A DNA stretch of 53,977 nt, counting the filler, from Pseudobdellovibrionaceae bacterium (GTDB lineage Bacteria; Bdellovibrionota; Bdellovibrionia; Bdellovibrionales; UBA1609), in the NCBI GenBank assembly GCA_030591685.1. It is 2 parts of 2 records of this genome, joined end to end, with 100 filler letters (N's around TTAATTAATTAA, not from the genome) between each part and the next. Parts side by side here need not be neighbours in the genome. Positions count along the whole stretch, not along the records: positions 1 to 31,105 come from JAUVAX010000005.1; positions 31,206 to 53,977 come from JAUVAX010000034.1. One strand, given 5' to 3'. Below the pieces are notes generated by a model. That model ran no database searches, was not told where the DNA came from, and saw nothing but the letters and a program-made list of their open reading frames with translations. The position numbers were made by a program, and so were the translations under genes. Shown piece by piece: positions 28,401 to 36,891 of this stretch; the first letter of the stretch is position 1; the number at the start of each line of letters is the position of its first letter.

Positions 28401-29009
28401 ATGGCTAAAAATAAAAAAACAACAAAAAAAGCGGCTAAAAAAGTGACTAAAAAGAAAGCTGCCAAAAAGAAAGCTACTAAGAAAAAAGTTGCCAAAAAGA
28501 AAGCCACTAAGAAAAAAGTTGCCAAAAAGAAAGCCACTAAGAAAAAGGTTGCCAAAAAGAAAGCTACTAAGAAAAAGGTTGCCAAAAAGAAAGCTACTAA
28601 GAAAAAGGTTGCCAAAAAGAAAGCTACTAAGAAAAAGGTTGCCAAAAAGAAAGCCACTAAGGAAAAAGTTGCCAAGAAAAAGGCAACTAAAAAGAAAACT
28701 ACTAAAAAAAAGGCCATCAAACCCAGCGCGCCTGATTTTAATGACATTAAAAATTCCGACAGCAGCGTGACTCAAATAGCCTCTGCGAATTTATTTAAGG
28801 CTAAGGACACTAGGGAAACAGCCCCGACTGACATCATCGAGGAAATACCCCCTGAGAATGTTTTAGTTGAAGATGAGGAGCAAACAGCTTTTAACCTTGA
28901 TTCCCCTTCTGAGGACCTTGAGGATGACGACTTGAGCGATGAGCTTGATTTAGATAGCTACGATAATATTTCTGAGACCGATGACTCTGATGACGAGGGT
29001 TATTTTTAA
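28401..29009 (+). CDS. Histone H1-like (Hc2-type) Lys-rich repeat protein with an acidic C-terminus
   Basis: KKKVAKKKAT repeats with synonymous variation among units; D/E-rich tail; own terminator. Confidence 0.8.
   Translation: MAKNKKTTKKAAKKVTKKKAAKKKATKKKVAKKKATKKKVAKKKATKKKVAKKKATKKKVAKKKATKKKVAKKKATKKKVAKKKATKEKVAKKKATKKKTTKKKAIKPSAPDFNDIKNSDSSVTQIASANLFKAKDTRETAPTDIIEEIPPENVLVEDEEQTAFNLDSPSEDLEDDDLSDELDLDSYDNISETDDSDDEGYF
28450..28715 (+). repeat. 30-bp coding tandem repeat (~8-9 units)
   Basis: AAGAAAAARGTTGCCAAAAAGAAAGCYACT unit repeated. Confidence 0.92.
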
Positions 29010-29038
29010 CTTAAGTTAAAAGTTTAACCCTTTAACTT

Positions 29039-29072
29039 AAAAAAAAAGCCTTGGGAGACCAAGGCTTTTTTT
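29039..29072. terminator. Bidirectional intrinsic terminator
   Basis: A-run, GCCTTGG-gaga-CCAAGGC, T-run, between convergent genes. Confidence 0.9.
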
Positions 29073-29090
29073 ATTATTTTTAAATTTTTA

Positions 29091-30137
29091 TTAACTCGAT
29101 TTTGGCCTTGAATGAACAGCGAACTTTTCAAACTCACCATACTCGTGCAGTTTATTATAAAGTGTCTTTATGGTAATACCCAAGGCATTGGCGGCTTGTG
29201 TTTTGTTGCCCTCAAAGTAGCTTAGAGATTTCAAAATATATCGCTTCTCTAGCTCATGCAATGGTATTGTTGGGTCATAATCGTCAATAATAGTTTTTTG
29301 ATCTGGGCTTTTAATTTGCTCAGGTAGATCGGCAAATGTGATCGTCTCACCTTCTGATAAAATTTGAAGTCGCTCACATACGTTTTGCAGTTCTCTAATA
29401 TTACCCGGCCAGTCATACTTACACATATGAGTCATGGCTTCTTCATCAATTTTTTTGCCTCTTCCAAGGTAAGAGTGAGGGCCGCTTTGTAAAAAGTGAT
29501 GTATAAGAGGGGTTATATCATCTCTTCTTCTTCTTAAAGGTGGAGCGCTTAACATAATGGTATTGATTCGGTAAAATAAATCTTCTCTAAAATTACCGCG
29601 CGTGACCTCTTTATCTAACTCACGATTTGTGGCGCTGATCAGGCGTATGTCTACTTTTATAGGCTCTTTGCCGCCAACTCTGTAAACCTCACCTTCTTGT
29701 AAAAATCTTAAAAGCTTAGCTTGAATACCAGGACTCATTTCACCCAACTCGTCTAAAAATAAGGTTCCGCCATCGGCGACTTCAGCGAGGCCGATTTTTC
29801 TAGCATAAGCCCCTGTAAAGGCTCCCTTTTCGTGTCCGAAAAGTTCTGACTCTAATAGAGTCTCTCTTAAGGCTCCGCAGTTAATGGCAATAAATGGCTT
29901 ATTCGCTCGAGAACTCTTTTCATGTATAGCATGAGCAACAAGCTCTTTTCCTGTGCCACTTTCACCCATTATTAAGACTGTGGCCGTGGATGGAGCCACT
30001 CGATCCACCATATGCATTAACTGATGCATGGCTTCTGATTTGTAAACAATCTTTTTGTCATCTAGAATATTATTAGTAATCGGTGTACCTAAAAGTTGTT
30101 GGTCACTCGGAGGGAGAATTTTGTTTATATCAGACAT
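29091..30137 (-). CDS. Sigma54-dependent transcriptional activator (AAA+-HTH, no sensory domain)
   Basis: GESGTGKE, ESELFGHEKGAFTGA, LFLDE, WPGNIRELQN and Fis-type HTH. Confidence 0.93.
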   Translation of the reverse strand: MSDINKILPPSDQQLLGTPITNNILDDKKIVYKSEAMHQLMHMVDRVAPSTATVLIMGESGTGKELVAHAIHEKSSRANKPFIAINCGALRETLLESELFGHEKGAFTGAYARKIGLAEVADGGTLFLDELGEMSPGIQAKLLRFLQEGEVYRVGGKEPIKVDIRLISATNRELDKEVTRGNFREDLFYRINTIMLSAPPLRRRRDDITPLIHHFLQSGPHSYLGRGKKIDEEAMTHMCKYDWPGNIRELQNVCERLQILSEGETITFADLPEQIKSPDQKTIIDDYDPTIPLHELEKRYILKSLSYFEGNKTQAANALGITIKTLYNKLHEYGEFEKFAVHSRPKSS

Positions 30138-30339
30138 AGGGTTTTTTCCTTCGGCTTAAGGGGGTTAATGTTTAAAATCACATCCATCGTGGCAGACAAA
30201 CCGTCTCATCGTGATACGCAGCGTCATATGCTTTGTAACAAATGCTTAAAAATATTGCAAGAATTTTTTTCTAAACTGAGTATTTTTTTTAAAATACCCC
30301 AAAAAGGGCTTATTTTTGTCACCTAAAAAGGGCTTAAAA

Positions 30340-31105
30340 ATGGTAAAAACAGCAGCTAAGTACTTAAAATATTTGTATTTTGTTGAGGGCGCATCTAAAC
30401 ACACCTTGATTTCTTATGCCAATGATTTAAATCAATTATTAGGTCGCTGTTTTGTTGAAAAAATATCAATTTCATTTACAAACTCTAACCCCCTGTTCGC
30501 CATCACCCCCAATTCTTCAGTAAAACTCGACCCTCAATTTGCAGGCCTTAAGCTTCAAAATGTTGATGGGTTAAGGGGGCTTATTCAGGCCACCCTGTCC
30601 GGTTGGTCCAAGCACGCCCTGACAACGCGAAACAGAAAGGCCGCCTGCTTGAAGGGTTATTTTAAGTGGGCTTATACAGAAAACTATATTAGTACTGACC
30701 TTTCAGATAAAATATTTTGTCCTAAAGTGCCCCGTAAAATCCCTAATTTTTTATCTGTCGATGAGGCCTTAAACCTCATTAATACATTAAAAAAGGCCGT
30801 CAAGGACCCTCAATCGAGCCGATTTATTGAGTACAATAGAGATTATACCCTCATCTTAACACTCTACAGCGCTGGCCTCAGGGTGAGCGAGGCATGTAAC
30901 CTTCAGTGGAAACACGTAGATTTTAATAAAAACACGCTCTTAGTACTTGGCAAAGGCGGAAAGCAAAGGATTGTTACTCCTGCAAAAATTTGCTTTACAC
31001 AGCTTAAGAGGCAAAAAAGCCTTCTCCCTAGCGAGTCTATATATATCTTTAATAAGGCCCCTCTCAATACAAGAACAGCCTATAGTATTGTGCGTAGATG
31101 GGGCG
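30340..31105 (+). CDS. Tyrosine recombinase XerC/XerD-like, truncated at the contig end
   Basis: SKHTLISYANDL, LYSAGLRVSE and VLGKGGKQR motifs; the HxxR and Tyr motifs fall beyond the gap. Confidence 0.88.
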
Positions 31106-31205
31106 NNNNNNNNNNNNNNNNNNNNNNNNNNNNNNNNNNNNNNNNNNNNTTAATTAATTAANNNNNNNNNNNNNNNNNNNNNNNNNNNNNNNNNNNNNNN
31201 NNNNN
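31106..31205. other. Artificial contig-joining linker
   Basis: N-run, TTAATTAATTAA (31150-31161, stops in all frames), N-run. Confidence 0.95.
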
Positions 31206-31405
31206 ACATTCCTCTCTCCTTTATAATCTGTTTTTATTTCCTCAGTGGTTCTCTCTTTATGATTAAGATACAGGGCCAGTTCGGCTTCCTGAGGTGTAAA
31301 ATATCTTTTCAGAATCTGGATTTCGATCCCCGTTTTGGTTTTGGGAAAACCAACAGGCATGGTATCCAGGTGTTTTCTTAATTGCTGGTAAAGATCCTTT
31401 TTCAT
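31206..31405 (-). CDS. N-terminal fragment of a 4Fe-4S ferredoxin-type protein (truncated, possibly foreign)
   Basis: LYQQLRKHLDTMPVGFPKTKTGIEIQILKRYFTPQEA resembles the N-terminus of 4Fe-4S dicluster proteins of anaerobes; the Cys motifs are not in the window. Confidence 0.6.
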
Positions 31406-31503
31406 GGTATAACAGGTTAGTCTTATATGAAGTTACAAAGTTTTTATTCTAACAAAAGAATATAATTGTGTTTTGTAGGCATTGACAGTTGGTTTCTTGT
31501 TGC

Positions 31504-31601
31504 TGGGTGCTGGGTGCTGGGTGCTGGGTGATGGGTGATGGGTGATGGGTGATGGGTGATGGGTGATGGGTGATGGGTGATGGGTGATGGGTGATGGGTG
31601 C
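31504..31601 (+). repeat. Heptanucleotide microsatellite (TGGGTGM)14
   Basis: 3x TGGGTGC, 10x TGGGTGA, 1x TGGGTGC. Confidence 0.97.
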
Positions 31602-31756
31602 CCGGTAATGGGTCTTGAACCTATGCTAAGCATAAAAAAGGTAAGCTCTAAAAAGTGCGGCCTCGTTATAACAATAGTCCTGTCATTAAACCGTCTGGAC
31701 AGACAAAAAACAATCGCTCAAAAAACGCCTAGTGCATTTTTTGCCCACTACACCGT

Positions 31757-31772
31757 TGGCACTATTACTGCT
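31757..31772 (+). promoter_or_regulatory. Sigma54 promoter of the flagellar basal-body operon
   Basis: TGGCAC-TATTA-CTGCT, ~70 nt before the TPR gene. Confidence 0.7.
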
Positions 31773-31819
31773 TAATAGATATAATAACAGATTGCCAAAT
31801 TATGAAGATTTGGACAGAG

Positions 31820-31834
31820 TAAACAGGATGTTTA
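31820..31834 (+). promoter_or_regulatory. Putative CsrA-binding hairpin
   Basis: TAAAC-AGGAT-GTTTA contains ACAGGATGT (CsrA consensus ACARGGAUGU-like), directly before ATG 31841. Confidence 0.55.
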
Positions 31835-31840
31835 ACTAAG

Positions 31841-34675
31841 ATGCTAATATTACTGCAAAATACTAAAATCTCGCTAGTAAAGGCGATGACGGCCCTGAGG
31901 GTAATAAATTGTCATAAAAGTATCTTGGTCTTAGGTTTAGTATTACTCGACTCATCGCTAGGTTTGAGCCAGACCATAGTCGGTGAAGTCACCACTGTGG
32001 GTGATGCGGCTCATTTAGAATTTAAGGGCCTAAAAAATTGGCCCTATAGTGTTGTAAGAAAAGGTAAAAACATACAGTTAACGGTTCCGGCTTTTGATCA
32101 AAAGACCTTACTAGATATTAAAACATGGGCACATCCATTTTTCTCAAAGGTAACGATTGATACAAATGGCCCAGATAACTCATATGTCATTAATTTTTCA
32201 GTTAAAAATGAAAGCATTGAAAGCTTTGATTATCTAACAGATCAACCCTCACGACTTATACTTGATTTCTATATTGATTCAGAAAAGCAAAAAAAAATAG
32301 TGCAAAAGCGTAAAGCTAAGAGTTTAAATAAAAAAACGGTAAGACAAGTCAAAATAAAAAAGGACAGATCAAAGTATACAAAACTAAACTCTCAATCACG
32401 AGCGCCTGCAGGGAGCGAACTTTTAACTGTGGACAAGGGTGATGGTGGCACGGTAGGTAAAACCACAAAGGCGACAATACATTTTCAGTCAGGTCTATAT
32501 GACTCAGGCGACCCTAATTATAACAGGTTCAGAATTAAAAAATATCAAATCAAAGAAGAGTCAATTATAGCGAGTCAACAGAACATTTATATACGATTTC
32601 CTATGTTGAAAATGACTTCTAGTCAATTAGGTCAAATATTAGAGTCACCTCCTGAGTACATAATAAAACCCAAGGAAACTTCTGAAAACAAGCAAGCTCG
32701 TTTTTTACTAACACTCTTTGAAAAAAACAGAAACGCGGTTTTTCTTAAAACATATAAGTTTTTTAAAAATAAATATCCAAACTCAAAATATATGCAAATT
32801 ATTAAGCACATGGCTGCGGACACAAATTACAGGATGTGGAAAAAAAATAAAAAAGAATATTTTTATAAAAAATCTATGAATTTATATGCGGGTCTATTAA
32901 AAAAATACCCAAACTCTCCTTTAGCTGAGCGAACAAAATTAATTATGGCCTACACAGAGCTTGAGCGAGGGAGAAGCTTAAGTTCAATTCAAAATTTTAA
33001 TCAATTTGTCGAAGCCTTCCCGAACTCTGATGAGCTTGATAGAGCGAGGTTTGCAATTGCAGAGAGCTTTTTATTGATTAATAAGTTTAATTCAGCTTTA
33101 GAAATATATGAAGACTTAACAAAAAACCATAAGGACCCACTCTCTTCCGTAGAGGCGGATTACCGTAAGGGCGATATATTTTTTCAAAAGGGTGAATACA
33201 AAAAGGCAATAGATCATTACAGAAACGCCATCAGTAAACATAAGAGCTTTGAAAGTCTATACCCTAATGCAAATTATAATATGGGTGAGTCCCACTTTTG
33301 GACGGGCGAGTACTACAAGGGTCTTCAAAAATATATCAGATTTATTCAGTTATTTCCAAATCATGAGCACAATCCATTTGCATTAACAAGAATTGGAGAG
33401 ATTTTAGAGATTCTAGGTGCAGACCCTACAATGTATATGGGTGCTTATATGGAGTCCTTCTTTCGGTATCAAAATGCAGACGGAGCCCATGTGGCTCGAA
33501 TTCGAATGCTGAGTAAGCAAATGAAGGGTATGAGAGACAAGGAGCTGCGTAGAACCCTGAGAGAAATGAACAAGCTCGGTGAATCCGAGGTCCTACAGAA
33601 AAACGAAGAGTTTGTGACCTTAATGATTACTGATGGATTTAGGTATAAAAAAGATTATGATATGGCCTTAAAGTACCTTGTTAAATATTATCAGAAAAAC
33701 CCAACATCAGCTAATCTGTCGCTTTTTAGAAAGCGCATTGTGGATAATATTACGGATAGCATTAATGACAAAATTAATGATGACGACTTTATAGCTGCTC
33801 TGCGCCTGTATGACACTTATAGACAGACATGGTTGCAGAATATTACCAGATATGACATCCCGTATTTTCTGGGCCGCGCTTATGAATTAGCCAATGTGTT
33901 CGATGAGGCACAAAAAATTTACGAAAGCACATACAAAAAAATAAATAAAATAAGCGGGACCCGAGAAGAGGTTGAGAGAAAAGTACGCGAATACCTCCCC
34001 TCAGTCCAAACATTAAACTTACGACTAGCGGCTGTTATGACTTATCAGCGAAAATATGCCAAGGCATTTAAGTATTTAGGTAAAATCAATAATCCTAAAA
34101 AATTAAGTCATAAGGAGCAGGTCGAGAGGGTAAAAATTGCGGCTATAGTTTACGAAGAAAGAGGTCTGATTAAAAAATCAATTGAGCATTTAAAAACACT
34201 AATTGCAGACTGGGAGGGTAAGGAGCAGCTGCTCTCAGGTGTGCATTTAAAATTAGCCTCTCTATACATGAAGAAAAAACAATTTACAAACGCAGAGGTA
34301 TCAAGTCAGCAGGTTATAGATCTACACGAAACTTCTAACGGTAAGCTCGGACTTAGTGATGATGAGCTGTCATCAGCCTTAAAAATTAAAGGTGATGCTA
34401 TATTAGCGCAGGGTAGAAAAATGGAGTCGGTGAGCATTTACCTGTCCCTGCTTGATAAGTTCGAGGAAAATCAGGAGTTAGATTATATCAGGTACAAGGC
34501 CGGACATATTATTTTTAATCAAGGTGACCTAAAAGGTGCTGAAAAAGTGTGGATGGGGCTAGAAGGTAAAAAAAATAAGTTTTACTTACAGCTTGCAAAA
34601 GAAAAAATTGAAAGTGCTAAGTGGAGAGATTCATATAGTAAGTATATAGATCGCATACCGGCAAAGAGCAGATAA
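31841..34675 (+). CDS. Large exported tetratricopeptide-repeat protein
   Basis: Repeated TPR-like helices (YPNS, FPNS motifs); first gene of the flagellar operon; start uncertain. Confidence 0.85.
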   Translation: MLILLQNTKISLVKAMTALRVINCHKSILVLGLVLLDSSLGLSQTIVGEVTTVGDAAHLEFKGLKNWPYSVVRKGKNIQLTVPAFDQKTLLDIKTWAHPFFSKVTIDTNGPDNSYVINFSVKNESIESFDYLTDQPSRLILDFYIDSEKQKKIVQKRKAKSLNKKTVRQVKIKKDRSKYTKLNSQSRAPAGSELLTVDKGDGGTVGKTTKATIHFQSGLYDSGDPNYNRFRIKKYQIKEESIIASQQNIYIRFPMLKMTSSQLGQILESPPEYIIKPKETSENKQARFLLTLFEKNRNAVFLKTYKFFKNKYPNSKYMQIIKHMAADTNYRMWKKNKKEYFYKKSMNLYAGLLKKYPNSPLAERTKLIMAYTELERGRSLSSIQNFNQFVEAFPNSDELDRARFAIAESFLLINKFNSALEIYEDLTKNHKDPLSSVEADYRKGDIFFQKGEYKKAIDHYRNAISKHKSFESLYPNANYNMGESHFWTGEYYKGLQKYIRFIQLFPNHEHNPFALTRIGEILEILGADPTMYMGAYMESFFRYQNADGAHVARIRMLSKQMKGMRDKELRRTLREMNKLGESEVLQKNEEFVTLMITDGFRYKKDYDMALKYLVKYYQKNPTSANLSLFRKRIVDNITDSINDKINDDDFIAALRLYDTYRQTWLQNITRYDIPYFLGRAYELANVFDEAQKIYESTYKKINKISGTREEVERKVREYLPSVQTLNLRLAAVMTYQRKYAKAFKYLGKINNPKKLSHKEQVERVKIAAIVYEERGLIKKSIEHLKTLIADWEGKEQLLSGVHLKLASLYMKKKQFTNAEVSSQQVIDLHETSNGKLGLSDDELSSALKIKGDAILAQGRKMESVSIYLSLLDKFEENQELDYIRYKAGHIIFNQGDLKGAEKVWMGLEGKKNKFYLQLAKEKIESAKWRDSYSKYIDRIPAKSR

Positions 34676-34688
34676 CAGGGGTATTAAT

Positions 34689-35648
34689 ATGAGTATAAAC
34701 AATTTTAGCGTCATACAATGTGTTGATCTCAAGATGAAGGAGCTGTTACGTTTAGCTGAAAACGTGGCCAGTAGCAGGGCCACTGTTTTAATTCAAGGAG
34801 AGAGTGGTACGGGCAAGGAGCTTATAGCCAGGTACATACATGCAAAAAGTAATCGATCGAGCAAACTCTTTTATGCCATAAACTGTGCTGCGGTACCAGA
34901 GGGGCTTTTAGAGTCAGAATTATTCGGCTATGAAAAGGGGGCCTTTACGGGGGCATCAGCTCGAAAAATAGGTAAATTTGAGCTGGCGAGTGAGAGTACA
35001 TTTTTACTCGATGAAATTTCAGAAATGCCAATACTTTTACAAGCTAAGCTGCTTCGAGTGATCCAAGAGGGTGAGGTAGAGCGCATTGGCGCCAATCGGC
35101 CAGTAAAAGTTAATGTTCGCATCATTGCTACGACAAATAAAAACTTAAGGCAATTAGTTGAATGTGGCCAGTTTAGAGAAGACTTGTTTTACCGCTTAAA
35201 TGTGATACCCATTGATGTGCCTGCACTTAGGGAGCGACCAGCTGATATTAGTATGCTTTCACAGTTTTTTTTAGACCTTTCGTGTGAGGAAAATAATTTA
35301 ATTAAAAAAGAGTTTACGGAAAGCGCAAGAAAGAAAATACTCTCATGGGACTGGCCTGGAAACGTCAGAGAGCTTAGAAACATTATCGAGCGCTCAGTGC
35401 TTTTAAGCCCCTCTGCACTTATAGATGAAAATAATATAATGTTACCAAAACATACGAGAAGTAAGTCCTCTGGTATGCACCTGTTAAATCCAGGGATGAC
35501 TGTTGCTGAGGCGGAGAGAGCTTTAATTATTAAAACTCTTGAGTTTACAAAGCAAAACAGAACTAAAGCCGCCGGATTATTGGGCATTAGCATACGGACA
35601 CTGAGAAACAAGATTACTGAATACCGAAAGCAGGAGGTGATTTTATGA
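34689..35648 (+). CDS. Sigma54-dependent flagellar activator (FlbD/FlrC-like, no receiver)
   Basis: GESGTGKE, GAFTGA, WPGNVREL and HTH; overlaps the flgB start. Confidence 0.9.
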   Translation: MSINNFSVIQCVDLKMKELLRLAENVASSRATVLIQGESGTGKELIARYIHAKSNRSSKLFYAINCAAVPEGLLESELFGYEKGAFTGASARKIGKFELASESTFLLDEISEMPILLQAKLLRVIQEGEVERIGANRPVKVNVRIIATTNKNLRQLVECGQFREDLFYRLNVIPIDVPALRERPADISMLSQFFLDLSCEENNLIKKEFTESARKKILSWDWPGNVRELRNIIERSVLLSPSALIDENNIMLPKHTRSKSSGMHLLNPGMTVAEAERALIIKTLEFTKQNRTKAAGLLGISIRTLRNKITEYRKQEVIL

Positions 35649-36061
35649 GCAATGATATTTTTGATAAAACAACACTTGGTTTGGCCTCTGCAATCAATTT
35701 CAGAGTCCTAAGGAATAATGTTATTTCTAGCAACATTGCTAACTCTGAAACGCCAGGGTACAAGGCAAAAAAACTGGACTTCGAAGCGGCACTAGGCCGT
35801 GCTTTAGATACAGACGGATTAAGAGGGCTCAGTGCTTTAAACCAAAGGCATATGGCTATGGGCCCAGGTTCGATTTCTAAAATCAGGGCTGACGTATATG
35901 ACAATCCAGATGCTAACGTTACAAATGATGGCAATACAGTTGATATGGAAAGAGAAATGGCTGCCTTGGCTGAGAACACAATTCTTTATAAGGCCGCACT
36001 TGAGTTGATTAATAAGAAAATGGGAGCATTGAGATATGCTGTGACCGAGGGGCGTAGATAA
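35645..36061 (+). CDS. flgB: Flagellar basal-body rod protein FlgB
   Basis: SNIANSETPGYKAK and DGNTVDMEREM motifs. Confidence 0.95.
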   Translation: MSNDIFDKTTLGLASAINFRVLRNNVISSNIANSETPGYKAKKLDFEAALGRALDTDGLRGLSALNQRHMAMGPGSISKIRADVYDNPDANVTNDGNTVDMEREMAALAENTILYKAALELINKKMGALRYAVTEGRR

Positions 36062-36498
36062 TGGATTTTTCAACAGCACTCAGAGTTTCTAGTAGTGGAC
36101 TGACCGCTCAAAGAATGCGAATGAATACGATTTCAAGCAACATAGCCAATATTAATACAACAAGAACGCCAGAGGGCGGCCCTTACAGAAAAAAAGAAGT
36201 TATTTTTGAGGCCATGCCTGAGGTTAAAAATTTTGGTCAAGTGTTGTCAACGACTCCTCAAAAGCAAATCAGCCGAGTTCAGGTGACAGATGTGCATGTT
36301 GATCGCAGAGCACCCCTACTAAAGTATGAGCCGGATCACCCCGATGCCAATGAGCAAGGTTATGTGGCCTACCCCAATATTAATTTAATGGAAGAGATGA
36401 CAAACATGATACAGGCCACGCGATCCTATGAGGCAAATGTTTCTGCGGCGCAGGCCACAAAAGATATGGCCTTAAGTGCCCTACAGATAGGTAGATAG
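36061..36498 (+). CDS. flgC: Flagellar basal-body rod protein FlgC
   Basis: SGLTAQRMRMNTISSNIAN, HPDA...GYV.YPNIN and RSYEAN motifs. Confidence 0.97.
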   Translation: MDFSTALRVSSSGLTAQRMRMNTISSNIANINTTRTPEGGPYRKKEVIFEAMPEVKNFGQVLSTTPQKQISRVQVTDVHVDRRAPLLKYEPDHPDANEQGYVAYPNINLMEEMTNMIQATRSYEANVSAAQATKDMALSALQIGR

Positions 36499-36546
36499 TA
36501 GATATTAGTAGTAAGTTAGGATAAAATAAACAAAAAGAGGTTAGCC

Positions 36547-36876
36547 ATGGATGGTTTATCAATATCAACAGCACAAGGTTTATTGCGAACTGGTAAAACA
36601 GTAAGTGAACTTAGGTCAGATGAGTTCAAAGCAAAATCAAGTATAAATGAGGGCGGAGCTACCTTTTCAGAAACGCTCTCAACAGCTGTTAACAAAGTTA
36701 ATGAGCTTCAAAAATCATCTGATAAATTAGTGCAAAAATTAGCAACCGGTGAGACTAAAAATATTCCAGAGGTAATGATTGCTGTAGAAAAGGCAGACAT
36801 TGCCCTAAAACTAATGACACAAGTAAGAAACAAAATAATTGATGCTTATCAAGAAATCATGAAAATGCAGGTTTAG
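36547..36876 (+). CDS. fliE: Hook-basal body protein FliE
   Basis: VMIA...QVRNKIIDAYQEIMKMQV. Confidence 0.96.
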   Translation: MDGLSISTAQGLLRTGKTVSELRSDEFKAKSSINEGGATFSETLSTAVNKVNELQKSSDKLVQKLATGETKNIPEVMIAVEKADIALKLMTQVRNKIIDAYQEIMKMQV

Positions 36877-36891
36877 TAAAGGGGAACAAGT

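Noticed and set aside
28450..28715. Possible CRISPR array
   Set aside because: The units are contiguous with no unique spacers, lie in a coding frame, and no cas genes are present.
28352..28775. Hydrophobic repeat ORFs (FFLVAFFLAT) and alternative-frame ORFs over the Lys repeat
   Set aside because: These are by-products of the 30-bp repeat; nearly all variation among units is synonymous in the Lys-rich frame.
30340..31105. Prophage or integron integrase
   Set aside because: It looks like a housekeeping XerC/D; no phage genes or attC array are adjacent, and the truncation is due to the contig end, not pseudogenisation.
31150..31161. TTAATTAATTAA palindrome as a recombination site beside xer
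   Set aside because: It is centred in N-runs and is an artificial contig linker.
31433..31775. ORFs with PITHHPS or MMGDG repeats
   Set aside because: They are translations of the heptamer microsatellite with no independent coding evidence.
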